Shown here: positions 27,040-38,349 of the stretch, piece by piece
Layout of the letters: every line of letters begins with the position of its first letter
Position numbering within the stretch: position 1 is the stretch's first letter
From: Octopus vulgaris
Taxonomy: Eukaryota
Assembly (NCBI GenBank): GCA_951406725.2
Contig: OX597830.1
Coordinates: 78,864,001 to 78,928,000, forward strand
Reading direction: 5' to 3'
Length of the DNA stretch: 64,000 nucleotides
The notes under the pieces: model-generated
Told to the model about the DNA's origin: nothing
Database searches by the model: none
What the model saw: the letters and a program-made list of their open reading frames with translations, nothing else
Position numbers and translations under genes: made by a program

Positions 27040-27296
27040 TAGTTTTGTCTACAACAGTGATTTTCAACCATTTTTTACCTATGGACCCCCCTTTAATTTA
27101 TATTTCACTCGGATGGGCCCCAATATCCATTTGATATTTTTTAAAATCCTGTGCTAAGAAGCCACATGGTTCAGAGTTCAGTCTCATGACGTGCGCCTTG
27201 GACAAGTGTTTTCTACTATAGTTTTTGGCTGACCAAAGCCCTGAGAGTGGACTAGGTAAGGGGAAACTGAAAGAAGCCCGTCGTATACATAAAGTT

Positions 27297-27358
27297 AGAT
27301 TCCTCTAACTTTATGCTTGATTATGAGACTGACGTGCTTCCTACTGCGCTACCGAGGC
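27297..27358 (-). pseudogene. 3'-truncated intron-containing tRNA-Met pseudogene
   Basis: 5' exon with two substitutions, full type A intron and ATCT, then abuts a SINE fragment (about 27155-27290). T-arm and B box are missing. Confidence 0.88.
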
Positions 27359-27482
27359 CACGGGGAATTGTTTTCTCCTGTTGTGATAATAATTTTGGTA
27401 TGGTTTGGGGTGTGGGGGGTGTACGTACGTGCGTGTGAGTATGTGTGTGTGTGTGTGTGTACGTGTGTGTGTACGTACGTGC

Positions 27483-27525
<43 letters not shown>

Positions 27526-27806
27526 CCAACAATGAACATTTAAGTGAGGAAAAATATTGCTTTCAAATTTTGGCGCACAGTCATCAAGTCCGGTGGGGCA
27601 GGGAGTAAGACGATTACATAGACCCCAAGGCTCGACTGCTACTTATTTTATCGTCTCCGAAAGGATGAAAAGGAAAAGTCAACTTCTGGTTATTAATACA
27701 AATAAATATATCCTCTTATACGGTACCCACGGGAACAATTTGAGGTCATTTCTTCTAACACAATCATCAAAACGATGTGTGTGTGAGTAATTGAAAAAAA
27801 AAATTG

Positions 27807-27900
27807 TGCCCCAGGTGAGGATCGAACTCACGACCTTCAGATTCCTCCAACTTTAGGCTTGATTATGAGACTGACGCGCTGCCTACTGCGCTACCGAGGC
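27807..27900 (-). tRNA. tRNA-Met-CAT: Elongator tRNA-Met(CAT) with 21-nt intron, type A (intron 27843-27863)
   Basis: GCCTCGGTAGCGCAGTAGGCAGCGCGTCAGTCTCATA[ATCAAGCCTAAAGTTGGAGGA]ATCTGAAGGTCGTGAGTTCGATCCTCACCTGGGGCA. Removing 21 nt after A37 gives a 73-nt eMet cloverleaf (G1:C72, T31/T39, TTCG T-loop). A long T-tract follows immediately. Confidence 0.94.
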
Positions 27901-28134
27901 TACCGAGTCAGCTGCTATACTTTTTGTGATAATACTTTAGCAAGGGAAGGCTGCGAATGGCGGAAACGTTAGCACGCTGGGCGAAATGCTTAGAAGTATT
28001 TCGTCTGCCGTTACGTTCTGAGTTCAAATTTCGCCGAGGTCGACTTTGCCTTTATCTTTTCGGGATAGATAAATTAAGTACTAGCTGCATACTGAAGTCG
28101 ACCTAATCGATTGGTCCCCTCTCCAAAATTTCGG

Positions 28135-28774
28135 GGATCTTTTCCTTTTGAACGGCAGACAATTTCTAGTTAATTAAACACTTTAAAACTTCGTATACTG
28201 GTAGAATGTGTCAAAATAAAACATTTTTTTTTCTCTTGGCTTTCTTGAGAAAATTGTAATTTGTTTGTTTAACGTAGTTTAATTTTTCGAATTTTAACCA
28301 ATCCTATGCTCTCTTTTGAGCTAAATTTGCTGCGTTTAAAACTGAGACAACATCATACACACGCTTTCCGTATACATACGGAAAGCGTGTGTATAAAATT
28401 ATAAAATTATTTTGTTTGTTAATTGTTTAAATCATTTTCCATTGCTTTCGGTTTTTTTACACGCGTAACAATTAAATTAATTCAACAATTAAGAAAAAAA
28501 AATTAGGGTTAGGGTTAGGTTTAGGGTTAGTTAGAGGATGTTGTCTCAGTTTTAGACGCAGCAAATGATTTTAGTTGAATGGAGGTAATCGATTGGTTAA
28601 AATTGCCGAAATGTTCGGATTTTCAGACGAAATATCTTATAAACTATAGAATTTTCTCAATAAAGCCAAGAAAAAATGATGTTTTATAAACACATTCTAC
28701 CAGTATACGAAATTTAAAAGTGTTTAGTTAACTAGAAATTGTGTTGATATCTGACGTTCAAAAGGAAAAGATCC
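28135..28774. mobile_element. Related 640-bp foldback MITE nested in a SINE
   Basis: TIRs GGATCTTTTCCTTTTGAACG / CGTTCAAAAGGAAAAGATCC, perfect TSD AATTTCGG, long imperfect inverted arms, perfect 19-bp hairpin at 28355-28394, TTAGGG repeats at about 28503-28530. Confidence 0.92.
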
Positions 28775-29177
28775 AATTTCGGGCCTTGTGCATAGAATAA
28801 AAAAGAATAGTTTAGCTACGGGTTAATTATTTATTGATCTGAGTACGTGCGCGCGCTCTGTGTGTACTTCGCTGGCTGACGGATCGTTTCTGTGTGTGCG
28901 TGCGTTGACCTACCCATGTACCTAAATTGAATTGTGACGTAGTAGTACAAACTATTCGACAGTTTGAGAAGCAAAGTCACTATAGTTGTCGTTGCCGTCA
29001 CTGCCGAAGGCTCAACGGAGGATGACGACTAATGACGGAGAAGGACGGAACTGGCGATTAACAACGAAGCTTACCGAAAGAAAATGTCTGAATTTCTTTC
29101 AACTTTCGGCTGATGCAATAGCATTCAATGACTAAAAGGTTATACCAACCTGTACTTCAGCTACCACCATAACCACC

Positions 29178-29238
<61 letters not shown>

Positions 29239-30117
29239 TAACTATTACCACTGCCATCTCTGCTACTACTACTAGTTCAACTACAAACATCACCACCAAC
29301 ACCATCACTAATGCTACAATCACCCCTCGAAACTATCGCCACCAATTGGTTTATCGATTAGTCTGTCAAAGCCCTTTCGTCCCAGTCTGTGACATTATCA
29401 ATAACTTACCAATGTGCTTGTTAAGTAAATCTTTCAATGTTCCTCTCATATATTTGTAATAAACCTGAAGTGAAACATAACCAGTGCGCGTGTTTTTATT
29501 GGCGGCATGATCCTCCCCAAAGACATCGAAATCACCCTCAACACATGATTTCACGCCAAGAAGCTTGCAAAACATATGCAAAATACAGAGATTTAATACT
29601 ATTTTTTTCAGTCATATCTGAAATGACTCTGATTAAAGTAGCTTTAATACTTTAGGTCGTTCAAATTTTTCTCAACCGATCGATAGGCCGATTGAGCAAA
29701 CCTGTCAACAATGAACCTATTACGACTACTGGAAAAAAGTGTTAATCAAATTTACTACAATAAAGAAATATTCAATGACCATTAATTATAATTAATGGTG
29801 TTTACATATTCATGTAATTATTCTGTATTGTATATCACTCTATATTTAAAACAAAAATTAAGAAAAGACGGAACTCAACCATTTAGATCGTTCGATGTGA
29901 TACATTAAAACCCGTGAAGAGGGGCCCCCAAAATGGCCGCCGTCCGATACCTAGAATCCGTTAAAGAACAAAAGGAAAAAACGTTCAGTTCATTCGTTTT
30001 CACTTTTCATACAGATAAGAATTTTTGAAAAAATTGCAAACAAGTTACACAAAAATAATTTTCAGAGAAACTTAACTTCAAAGAAAGAAGATTAAAAAAG
30101 AAAAAAATGAAACGAGT

Positions 30118-30190
30118 CATCCCTGGTGGGATTCGAACCCACGACCTCTGGATTAGAAGTCCAGCGAGCTATCCCCTGCGCTACAGAGAC
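30118..30190 (-). tRNA. tRNA-Arg-TCT: tRNA-Arg(TCT) with D-stem mismatch (G24T), possibly impaired
   Basis: GTCTCTG variant. The 3' D-stem reads GCTC instead of GCGC (plus strand ccagcgagct). Confidence 0.8.
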
Positions 30191-30415
30191 AAGACAGAAC
30201 TAACTTTTTCTAAATAGTTGTTGGATCTTTACCTTTTGACCGACAGATTAAAAAAATAATTTTTTTGTGACTAAACACTTTTAAACTTCGTATACTGGTA
30301 GAAGGTATCACGTAAAACATCTTTTACTCTTGGCTTTATTGAGGACATTCTGTATTTTGGAAGTTATTTCTTAAAGTTATCGTATTTCGGTAATTTCAAC
30401 GAATCAATGATGTGT

Positions 30416-30480
<65 letters not shown>

Positions 30481-31385
30481 TAGTAGTAGTAATAGTACAA
30501 ACTATTCGACAGTTTGAGAAGCAAAGTCACCATCGTCGTTGTTGCCGTTACTGCTGACGGCTCAGCGGAAGATGACGACTAATAATGACGGAGAGGGACG
30601 GAACTGGCGATTAACAACGAAACAGACCAAAAGAAAATGTCTGAATTTCTTTCAACTTTCGGCTGATGCAATAACATTCAATGACTAAAAGGTTACTATA
30701 CTTCAACTACCACCATCATCACTATCGTGACTATTACTACTGTAAAAAAACGATCGTACTTAAAGGAGTTGTAATAAACCCGAAGTGAAACATAACCAGT
30801 GCGTGTGTTTTTATTGGCCGCATGATCCTCCCGAAAAACATCAAAATCAACTTCAACACATGATTTCACAAGAAGCTTGCAAAACAAATACAAAATACAG
30901 AGAATTAATGTTATTTTCGTCAGAGTCGTGTCTAACACATAACCGGAAATGACGCTGACGAAAGTAGCATTAATTCTTTAGGTCGTTCGATTTTTCTCAA
31001 CTGATCGATAAACCGATTGAGTAAACCTATCACGACTACTGGAAACAACTGTTAATCAAAATTACTACAATAAAGAAGTATTCAATGACAGTTAATTATA
31101 ATTAATGGTCATTACATATTTATGTAATTATACTTTCTTGTATATCATCCTGTATTTTTTTTTAAAAAAAGAGAAAAGACAGAACACAACCATAATGTGA
31201 TCCATTAAAACCTGTGAAGGAGTTCCCAAAACGGCCGCTGTCCAATACCTAGAATCTGGAAAAGAACAAAGGAAAAACGTTTAGTTCATTGGTTTGCACA
31301 TTTCATACGGATAAGAATATTTGAAAAGATTGCAAACAGTTTAATAAAGTTAAATAAAGAAAGAAGATTTAAGAAAAAATCGAAT

Positions 31386-31458
31386 CATCCCTGGTGGGAT
31401 TCGAACCCACGACCTCTGGATTAGAAGTCCAGCGCGCTATCCGCTGCGCTACAGGGAC
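31386..31458 (-). tRNA. tRNA-Arg-TCT: tRNA-Arg(TCT), D-loop AGCGGATA variant
   Basis: Full cloverleaf, with TTTTTT just downstream on the minus strand. Confidence 0.95.
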
Positions 31459-31971
31459 AAGACGAAATTAACTCTTTCTAAATAGTTTTTAACACGAAGT
31501 CCGTAATGTTAGGTAATTAGAGGTTTTGAACTATTTTCCTTTTTCTAGTTATACGCCTACGTGTGCGTCTAAATATACATGTATATAGTGAAAGTTGCGT
31601 ATTATAATCACTTGCCAAACAAGTATTGTTATCAAATTTAGTGCATCAGACACAGAATATTACTATATCCGCTGTTTTATGTTATCAACTTGACGTGAGC
31701 CGCACGAACTTCTAGAGATAGCAACCACTAAATTTTCCTTCAAAAAAAGTTGGGTGATCATGATTGGAACGCTTAAGTATATGGTCTGCTGGACAGCAGA
31801 TATGATCACACTTGGTATGAGGGATACATCACGGAATGCATATAATTTCATAATCCTTTTGTATGATACTCACGAGAACAACTTGAGGTAATCTCTTTCT
31901 GTAACAGAATAATACAAAAACAAGTACTGCCATTTTAATTTTAAAAACACAAGTTGTCTGCGAATGTAGAT

Positions 31972-32032
31972 CTTCCCTGAACACCACCCCTGGATTGGAA
32001 GTCGGGCGCGGTATCCGCTGCACTACAGGGAA
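31972..32032 (-). pseudogene. tRNA-Arg(TCT)-derived pseudogene, T-arm deleted, anticodon drifted to TCC
   Basis: TTCCCTGTAGTGCAGCGGATACCGCGCCCGACTTCCAATCCAGGGGTGGTGTTCAGGGAAG aligns to the AGCGGATA Arg variant, with about 12 nt lost across the T-arm and B box. Confidence 0.82.
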
Positions 32033-32555
32033 ATTGTCTGCATTTTCAATGATACACTCTTTGTTGCCGTGGCAACTATGGCAGCAAATGGTTTCCACTT
32101 CCGGTTGTGAGGACACTGGATTCATTTCATTGGCTAAAAATATTTAACTGACAATACTTCTATCTTGTCAATTATTAAATCTTCGAAAACAAAAAACTAA
32201 AAAGAAAAAATGAACGTGGTATTCAACTTCAGCAGCTAAACTACATCTGTGTGAGAAATTTGAAAAAAATCCTTTGAGAATTGAAACATTTTTTTAGGTC
32301 GTTGTAAGAAAACGAACAACATCCATTCTAAAAATTTCTTTTGCAAATCAGAATTGAAACCGAAGGAGTCGATATGGGCCGCTCCAACTACAGGAAACAG
32401 AAATTTACCTTCAGTCAGTCATACACTACCGCAGCGTTTCTCAACCGTAGTTCCCCGGAACACTAGTGTTCCGCAAAATGTTCCTAGGGGTTCCGTGAGA
32501 AAGAGTGAGATAAGCTAATGCTCATTTCATGATCGTAATAGTGCTATACGTGCAA

Positions 32556-32787
32556 GGCGGCGAGTTGGCAGAAACGTTAGCACGCCGGGCGAAATGCTTA
32601 GCGGTATTTCGTCTGCCGCTACGTTCTGAGTTCAAATTCCTCCGGGGTCAACTTTGCCTTTCATCCTTTCGGAGTCGATTAAATAAGTACCAGTTACGCA
32701 CTGGGGTCGATATAATCGACTTAATCCGTTTGTCTGTCCTTGTTTGTCCTCTCTGTGTTTAACCCCTTGTGGGTAGTAAAGAAATAG
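32556..32787 (+). mobile_element. Family-1 SINE (unit copies at 43346-43577 and 54185-54416; another at about 27948-28810 split by the MITE)
   Basis: Same head and body as 17875. Confidence 0.88.
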
Positions 32788-33050
32788 ATTACATTGGATA
32801 AGGTATTTTATAAAAGGTGTGGAGTAAAAAGTTGGGTAATCATGATTGGAACGCTTCAGAATATGGTCTGCTGGGCCGCAGACATGATTACACTAAGTAT
32901 GAACGATGAATGACGAATTACATATAATTTCATCCTCTTTTTATATGATACCCACGTTAACAACTTTAGGTAATTTCGTTCTTTAACAGAATGATAAACA
33001 TTTTTAAAAAAAACGGTACTGACATTTTAATTTAAGAAACAAAATTAATG

Positions 33051-33144
33051 TGCCCCGGGTGAGGGTCGAACTCACGACCTTCAGATTCCTCGGTTTTTGT
33101 ATGCGATTATGAGACTGACGCGCTGCCTACTGCGCTACCGAGGC
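33051..33144 (-). tRNA. tRNA-Met-CAT: Elongator tRNA-Met(CAT) with 21-nt intron, type B
   Basis: Exons as type A except T-loop TTCGACC and G6:C67. Intron ATCGCATACAAAAACCGAGGA. TTTT about 6 nt downstream. Confidence 0.94.
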
Positions 33145-33215
33145 CACTGCCGGAAGAGTTAATATTTTCTGATTATAGTCTCGGCATAATTTTACTAGTG
33201 CCTCTGGGTGTATGT

Positions 33216-33299
<84 letters not shown>

Positions 33300-34789
33300 C
33301 AGAGACAGAGACAGAGAGACAGAGACAGAGACAGAGACAGACAGAGAGACAGACAGAGAGAGACAGACAGAGTGTGTGCATCTGTGTGCGCGCGCGCTTG
33401 AAATTTCCCTTCGATCAATCATACCCAACTGTCTTCAAAATGATGCCATCGAAGACTCCATTGAACAAGAAGATATCAGATACATAATGTTTAGGTAAAG
33501 GCAGGATAATCATGTAGAATATATATATATATATGTATAAAGTATATGGCTTAATTTATTAAACAAAGTTCAACAATTTCATTCGTCTTTATGCAATGGA
33601 AGAGAGGAGATTGGATGTTAAAATGGATTGTAGCTTTTATTTTTCATAATGCTACACAATTGTTTCATACAAATGGACTCAGATATTCATAAATAGAAAA
33701 TCGTAATAGTCATACTTGTACTCCTCAGTAGATAATAGAAAAACAAAAAAAAAGTTTAAAGTACATAGGTTTTGGGACTTAGTCTATTTCATTCACAAAA
33801 TGAAGCCCCTTCAATTTTGCTCAGATTACTCTCAATTTTGGTGTATCTATGCAAATCTGAATTTTGATGACAATCAACCAATTACTTTATCTTGTAAATT
33901 AAAGAATCTGATGTTATTTGGTATTTAAGTTGGGAAATTTCGGTAATTCTAGCTAATCAACAGACGACGTGGCATTAGCGACTTGTTACCATGACAACCG
34001 CATGCTGTGTTGTGGTTCATTGTCTGTGCCGCAATTTGTTCTATGTTCATTTTTCACATTTGATTCTTCACACCACGAGATTCTTTTCACCCCGGGTGTT
34101 TTGTTTTAACTTTTCTGTGTCTTAGTAAATTACATATTTTCTGTGTTTTTTCTGTGTGTTAGTGTTTTTACATATTTTTCATTTCATATATTTTGGGGAC
34201 TCATTGACTCAGATAGCTGGATTTATGATTTCACTAGGTTAATTCTATTCATAAAAATTGTAATTAAGAGTATTTCTTAAACCGTTAGCTTCACATTTCA
34301 ATAGTTGGATCTTTTCAATTACAGTCACAGGTTTTTTAATTAATTTTATTGATTATCAGCCACATGGTTCCGGGTTCAGTGCCACTGCGTGGCACCTTCG
34401 GCAAGTGTTTTCTTCTATAGCCTCAGGCCGACCAAAGCCTTGTGAGTGAATTTGGTAGACGGAAACTGAAAGAAGCCTGTCGTATATATGTATATATGTA
34501 TATATGTGCGTGTGTGTTTGTGTCTATGTTTGTCCCCCTAGCATTGCTTGACAACCGATGCTGGTGTGTTTATGTCCCCGTCACTTAGCGGTTCGGCAAA
34601 AGAGACCGATAGAATAAGTACTGGGCTTACAAAGAATAAGTTCCGGGGTCGAGTTGCTCGATTAAAGGCGGTGCTCCAGCATGGCCGCAGTCAAATGACT
34701 GAAACAAATAAAAGAGTAAAGAGTAAACAGTAAACAGTTTGAACCTTCGGATACTGGTTGAATGTGTCACGTAGAACACGGTTTACTCT

Positions 34790-35260
34790 TATAATGGGAC
34801 TCGAAGGTATCTTCTCCCATTACAGTTATTTTCTGTAGTCTTAGGATCTGGAACTCGAAGAAGAAGAAGAAGCTTACAAGCGGATGCAATTCAATGATTG
34901 TATATTTAGTTCTCATTCATGGGGTTCGCTCCCGGCGACCATCCGTATGGCAGCGCGTAGTTCGTTATAGCTCCGTTCACGTGAGGTACATTACCTCTGG
35001 AGATAATGGGTGAAGATAGAGCAGGACAAGAATTTGCTTTGAGCTGCCAGTTTGCAATGTTGCTCAGCGTGAGCGAGAACGCAAGAGAGAGAATCACCTT
35101 AAGACGCCTCCTTAAATAAATGTTGCCCACGAGAGCCTCGCTGTGGTCTCGCACATGTCAAACATGGTTGTCGGCGAGATCTCGCTCTTGTCTCGGGCAT
35201 GGTAATGGCTGCCAGCGAGATCTCGCACAAAATGGCGCTGGCTTCTTGTGTCACGCTACA
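34790..35260 (-). mobile_element. Solo LTR, 471 bp (probably Ty3/gypsy-type), inserted in a decayed MITE
   Basis: Minus strand begins TGTAGCGTGAC and ends GTCCCATTATA (imperfect terminal IR, CA end mutated). 4-bp TSD CTCT at 34786-89 and 35261-64. TATTTAA box on the minus strand at about 35112-35118. Confidence 0.7.
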
Positions 35261-35786
35261 CTCTTAACGTTTTTTGACAAAATTTTGTATTTTAGAAGTT
35301 ATTTCATATTAAAGTTGTCGTATTTGGGTAATTTTAACCAATCAATGACGTGTATCCTGTTGAATAAAGTTACTTCTGTGTGCGATAGTAATGGAATAGC
35401 AACAACTTCCGCGTCATCGGATCATGAAAGAGAGAGATGGGGAGGGGAGAAAAGTATAAAAGATAAGAAAGGTGGGTGAGAAGAACAGAAGTTCTTTTAT
35501 AGGGAATACATACCTGTGTATGTGCGTATGTATTTTTTCTATCATATCCAATGTGTCCTCTCGCTTATATAATGTTACGCGTGACATTGAGAGAGATCTG
35601 GCTATTATTTCTAGCAAATCGTAGAGAGACATGGAGAGAGAGAGAACGGAGAGAGTGGTGCTGTGTTGACGATCTGAACGACAGCCTATATAAAATTACC
35701 AACCCCACCTACTACTCCATATTAATTTATTAAACCCTCCCCTTTTCCTTGTTTCCATTCGGGATTCTATCAGCTTTACATATGAA

Positions 35787-35845
<59 letters not shown>

Positions 35846-36522
35846 CGGACAGCATGAACTGTCGTCAACTGCACAATCCCCACTCCTTAAAGCTTTGTAT
35901 TCCTTGCACCCACCTCCCTTTCTTTTTCTCCACAAATACAAGACAGGCATACACAATACTGAAATACGCATTAAATAAACACACGCAGACAAATATATTA
36001 ATAGAACAAGTTTTAAAAAACATAATTAAAACATACAATCAATGAAGAAATAAAAAAAAACAGTAAGATGCTATATGTAATTTTATTAGGTATTTCTCTT
36101 TATTTACAAACCTTCAATGAACAGGTCATGTCACAGACGCTAAACGCAGAAAATTTCTGTCTCGCTATTGGCTAAAAAACTTTTTCCTCCATTTTTTTTT
36201 CTCCACAGCATCATACCTTCATAGCATTCAGACTGGAAAACTACATTGTTATAGCCGATTTTCAGATCTTTTACTTCCTCTTAAATAAATGCATATATTT
36301 TAAATGAATAAACACTAGCCCCTAGGTTTTTTCTTAGTTATTATTTTAGGATTTGTAATTTCGTTCTTCCAGTCACATTTATTTGAATCTAGTCTAAAAA
36401 ATATAGAAAGCTGGTGTTAATACAAGTAATATTAAATCTGACATCCTCTTTATCAAATCCAATATGTATCTCTATTTAAAACCTCCTAATTTTTTTTTGT
36501 TTTTTACTGGCCAAGCTGTGTA

Positions 36523-36595
36523 TCACAACCTTCAGATGACTTGATTTCATACTTGATTATAGGACTGACTCTCGGTCTACTGCGCTACCGAGGGC
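36523..36595 (-). pseudogene. Degenerate intron-containing tRNA-Met pseudogene
   Basis: GCCCTCGGTAGCGCAGTAGACCGAGAGTCAGTCCTATA[ATCAAGTATGAAATCAAGTC]ATCTGAAGGTTGTGA. D-stem and anticodon are mutated; B box and 3' acceptor are lost. Confidence 0.85.
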
Positions 36596-37228
36596 AGAAG
36601 ATCGCACTGCTCATATATAATGGTAACAATCTCGGCACAGTATTGCGCGCATGTGTGTGCGCACGCGCGCGTAGATGTTCTGTTAGAACAAACTATACTG
36701 CGCTAGATGCCATGAGAGAAATTCTCATACTGGCTTTGCATACAATATACACTGTAGCGATATAAACAAGAGTGCATTTTGCACCAAAAAGCCGATATGA
36801 GTGTCACTCACAATATCTACCGCAGTATAGTTTGTTCTAACAGAACAACCACATTTAAGTGGGGATAAATATCGCTTTCAGATTTTGGCTCACGGTCATC
36901 ATGTCCGGTGGGGCAGAGAGTAAGACAATTACATAGACCTCAGCGCCCGACTGGTATTTATTTTATCGACCCTGAAAGGATGAAAAGGAAGAGTTAACCC
37001 CTGGATATTACTCTTTACTCTTTTACTCTTGTACTTGTTTCAGTCATTTGAATGTGGCCACGCTGGATCACCGTCTTTAGTCGAACAAATCGACCCCAGG
37101 ACTTATTCTTTGTAAGCCTAGTACTTATTCTATCGGTCTCTTTTGCCGAAATGCTAAGTCACGGGGACGTAAACACACCAGCATCGGTTGCCAAGAGATG
37201 TTGGGGGACGACAAACACAGACACACAA

Positions 37229-37324
<96 letters not shown>

Positions 37325-37937
37325 GACAGGCTTCTTTCAGTTTCCGTCTACCAAATCCACTCACAAGGCTTTGGTCGGCCCGAGGCTATAGTAGAAGACA
37401 CTTGCTCAAGGTGCCACGCACTGGGACTGAACCCGGAACCATGTGGTTGGTAGGCAAGCTACTTACCAAACAGCCACTCCTATTAATGCAAATAATCATA
37501 TCTTCTTACACGCTACCCACGGGAACAATTGGGGCAATTTCTTTCTTTAACACCATCATCAGAAGTGACGTGGGATTTTTTCGCTTTGACCGGCAGATTT
37601 TTAAAATAATTTCTTTGTAACTAAACACTTTTAAACTCCGTATACTGGTAGAATGTGTTACATAAAACATCTTTTTCTCTTTGTTTTCTTGAGAAAATTC
37701 TGTAGTTTGTAAGCTATTTGTTGTTTAATTTATTGCATTTCGGCAATGTTGTTGACTCCAGTGCTCGACTGGTACTTATTTTATCATCTCCGAAAGGATG
37801 AAAAGGAAAACTCAACTTCGGGTTATTAATACAAATAAATATATCCTCTTATACGGTACCAACGGAAACAATTTGAGGTCATTTCTTCTAACACAATCAT
37901 CAAAACGATATGTGTGTGAGTAATTGAAAAAAAAATG

Positions 37938-38031
37938 TGCCCCAGGTGAGGATCGAACTCACGACCTTCAGATTCCTCCAACTTTATGCTTGATTATGAG
38001 ACTGACGCGCTGCCTACTGCGCTACCGAGGC
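37938..38031 (-). tRNA. tRNA-Met-CAT: Elongator tRNA-Met(CAT) with 21-nt intron, type A
   Basis: Intron ATCAAGCATAAAGTTGGAGGA, exons intact, T-tract terminator. Confidence 0.94.
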
Positions 38032-38190
38032 CACTGAAAGAACATTTCTACTTTTCTGATAATAGTTTAGCTATGGGCTGATGGTTACGGATGTTAGTGT
38101 GTACCTGCGCGCGCGCGTTGTGTGTTCGTGTGTCTGTATATGTGGGTTTGTGTGTGTGTTGACCTACACATCTATCTAAATTGTATTGTG

Positions 38191-38254
<64 letters not shown>

Positions 38255-38261
38255 CAGCAGC

Positions 38262-38349
<88 letters not shown>

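Noticed and set aside
27807-27900. Reading the Met genes as initiator tRNA or as a TCA (Sec/opal suppressor) tRNA
   Set aside because: G1:C72, a TTCG T-loop and the lack of three G:C anticodon-stem pairs indicate elongator. Stem register puts CAT at 34-36; TCA would be 33-35.
32432-32500. CAGCGTTTCTCAACC, a hAT/Charlie-like end (similar at about 27054)
   Set aside because: No matching second TIR or TSD was found, so the element cannot be delimited.
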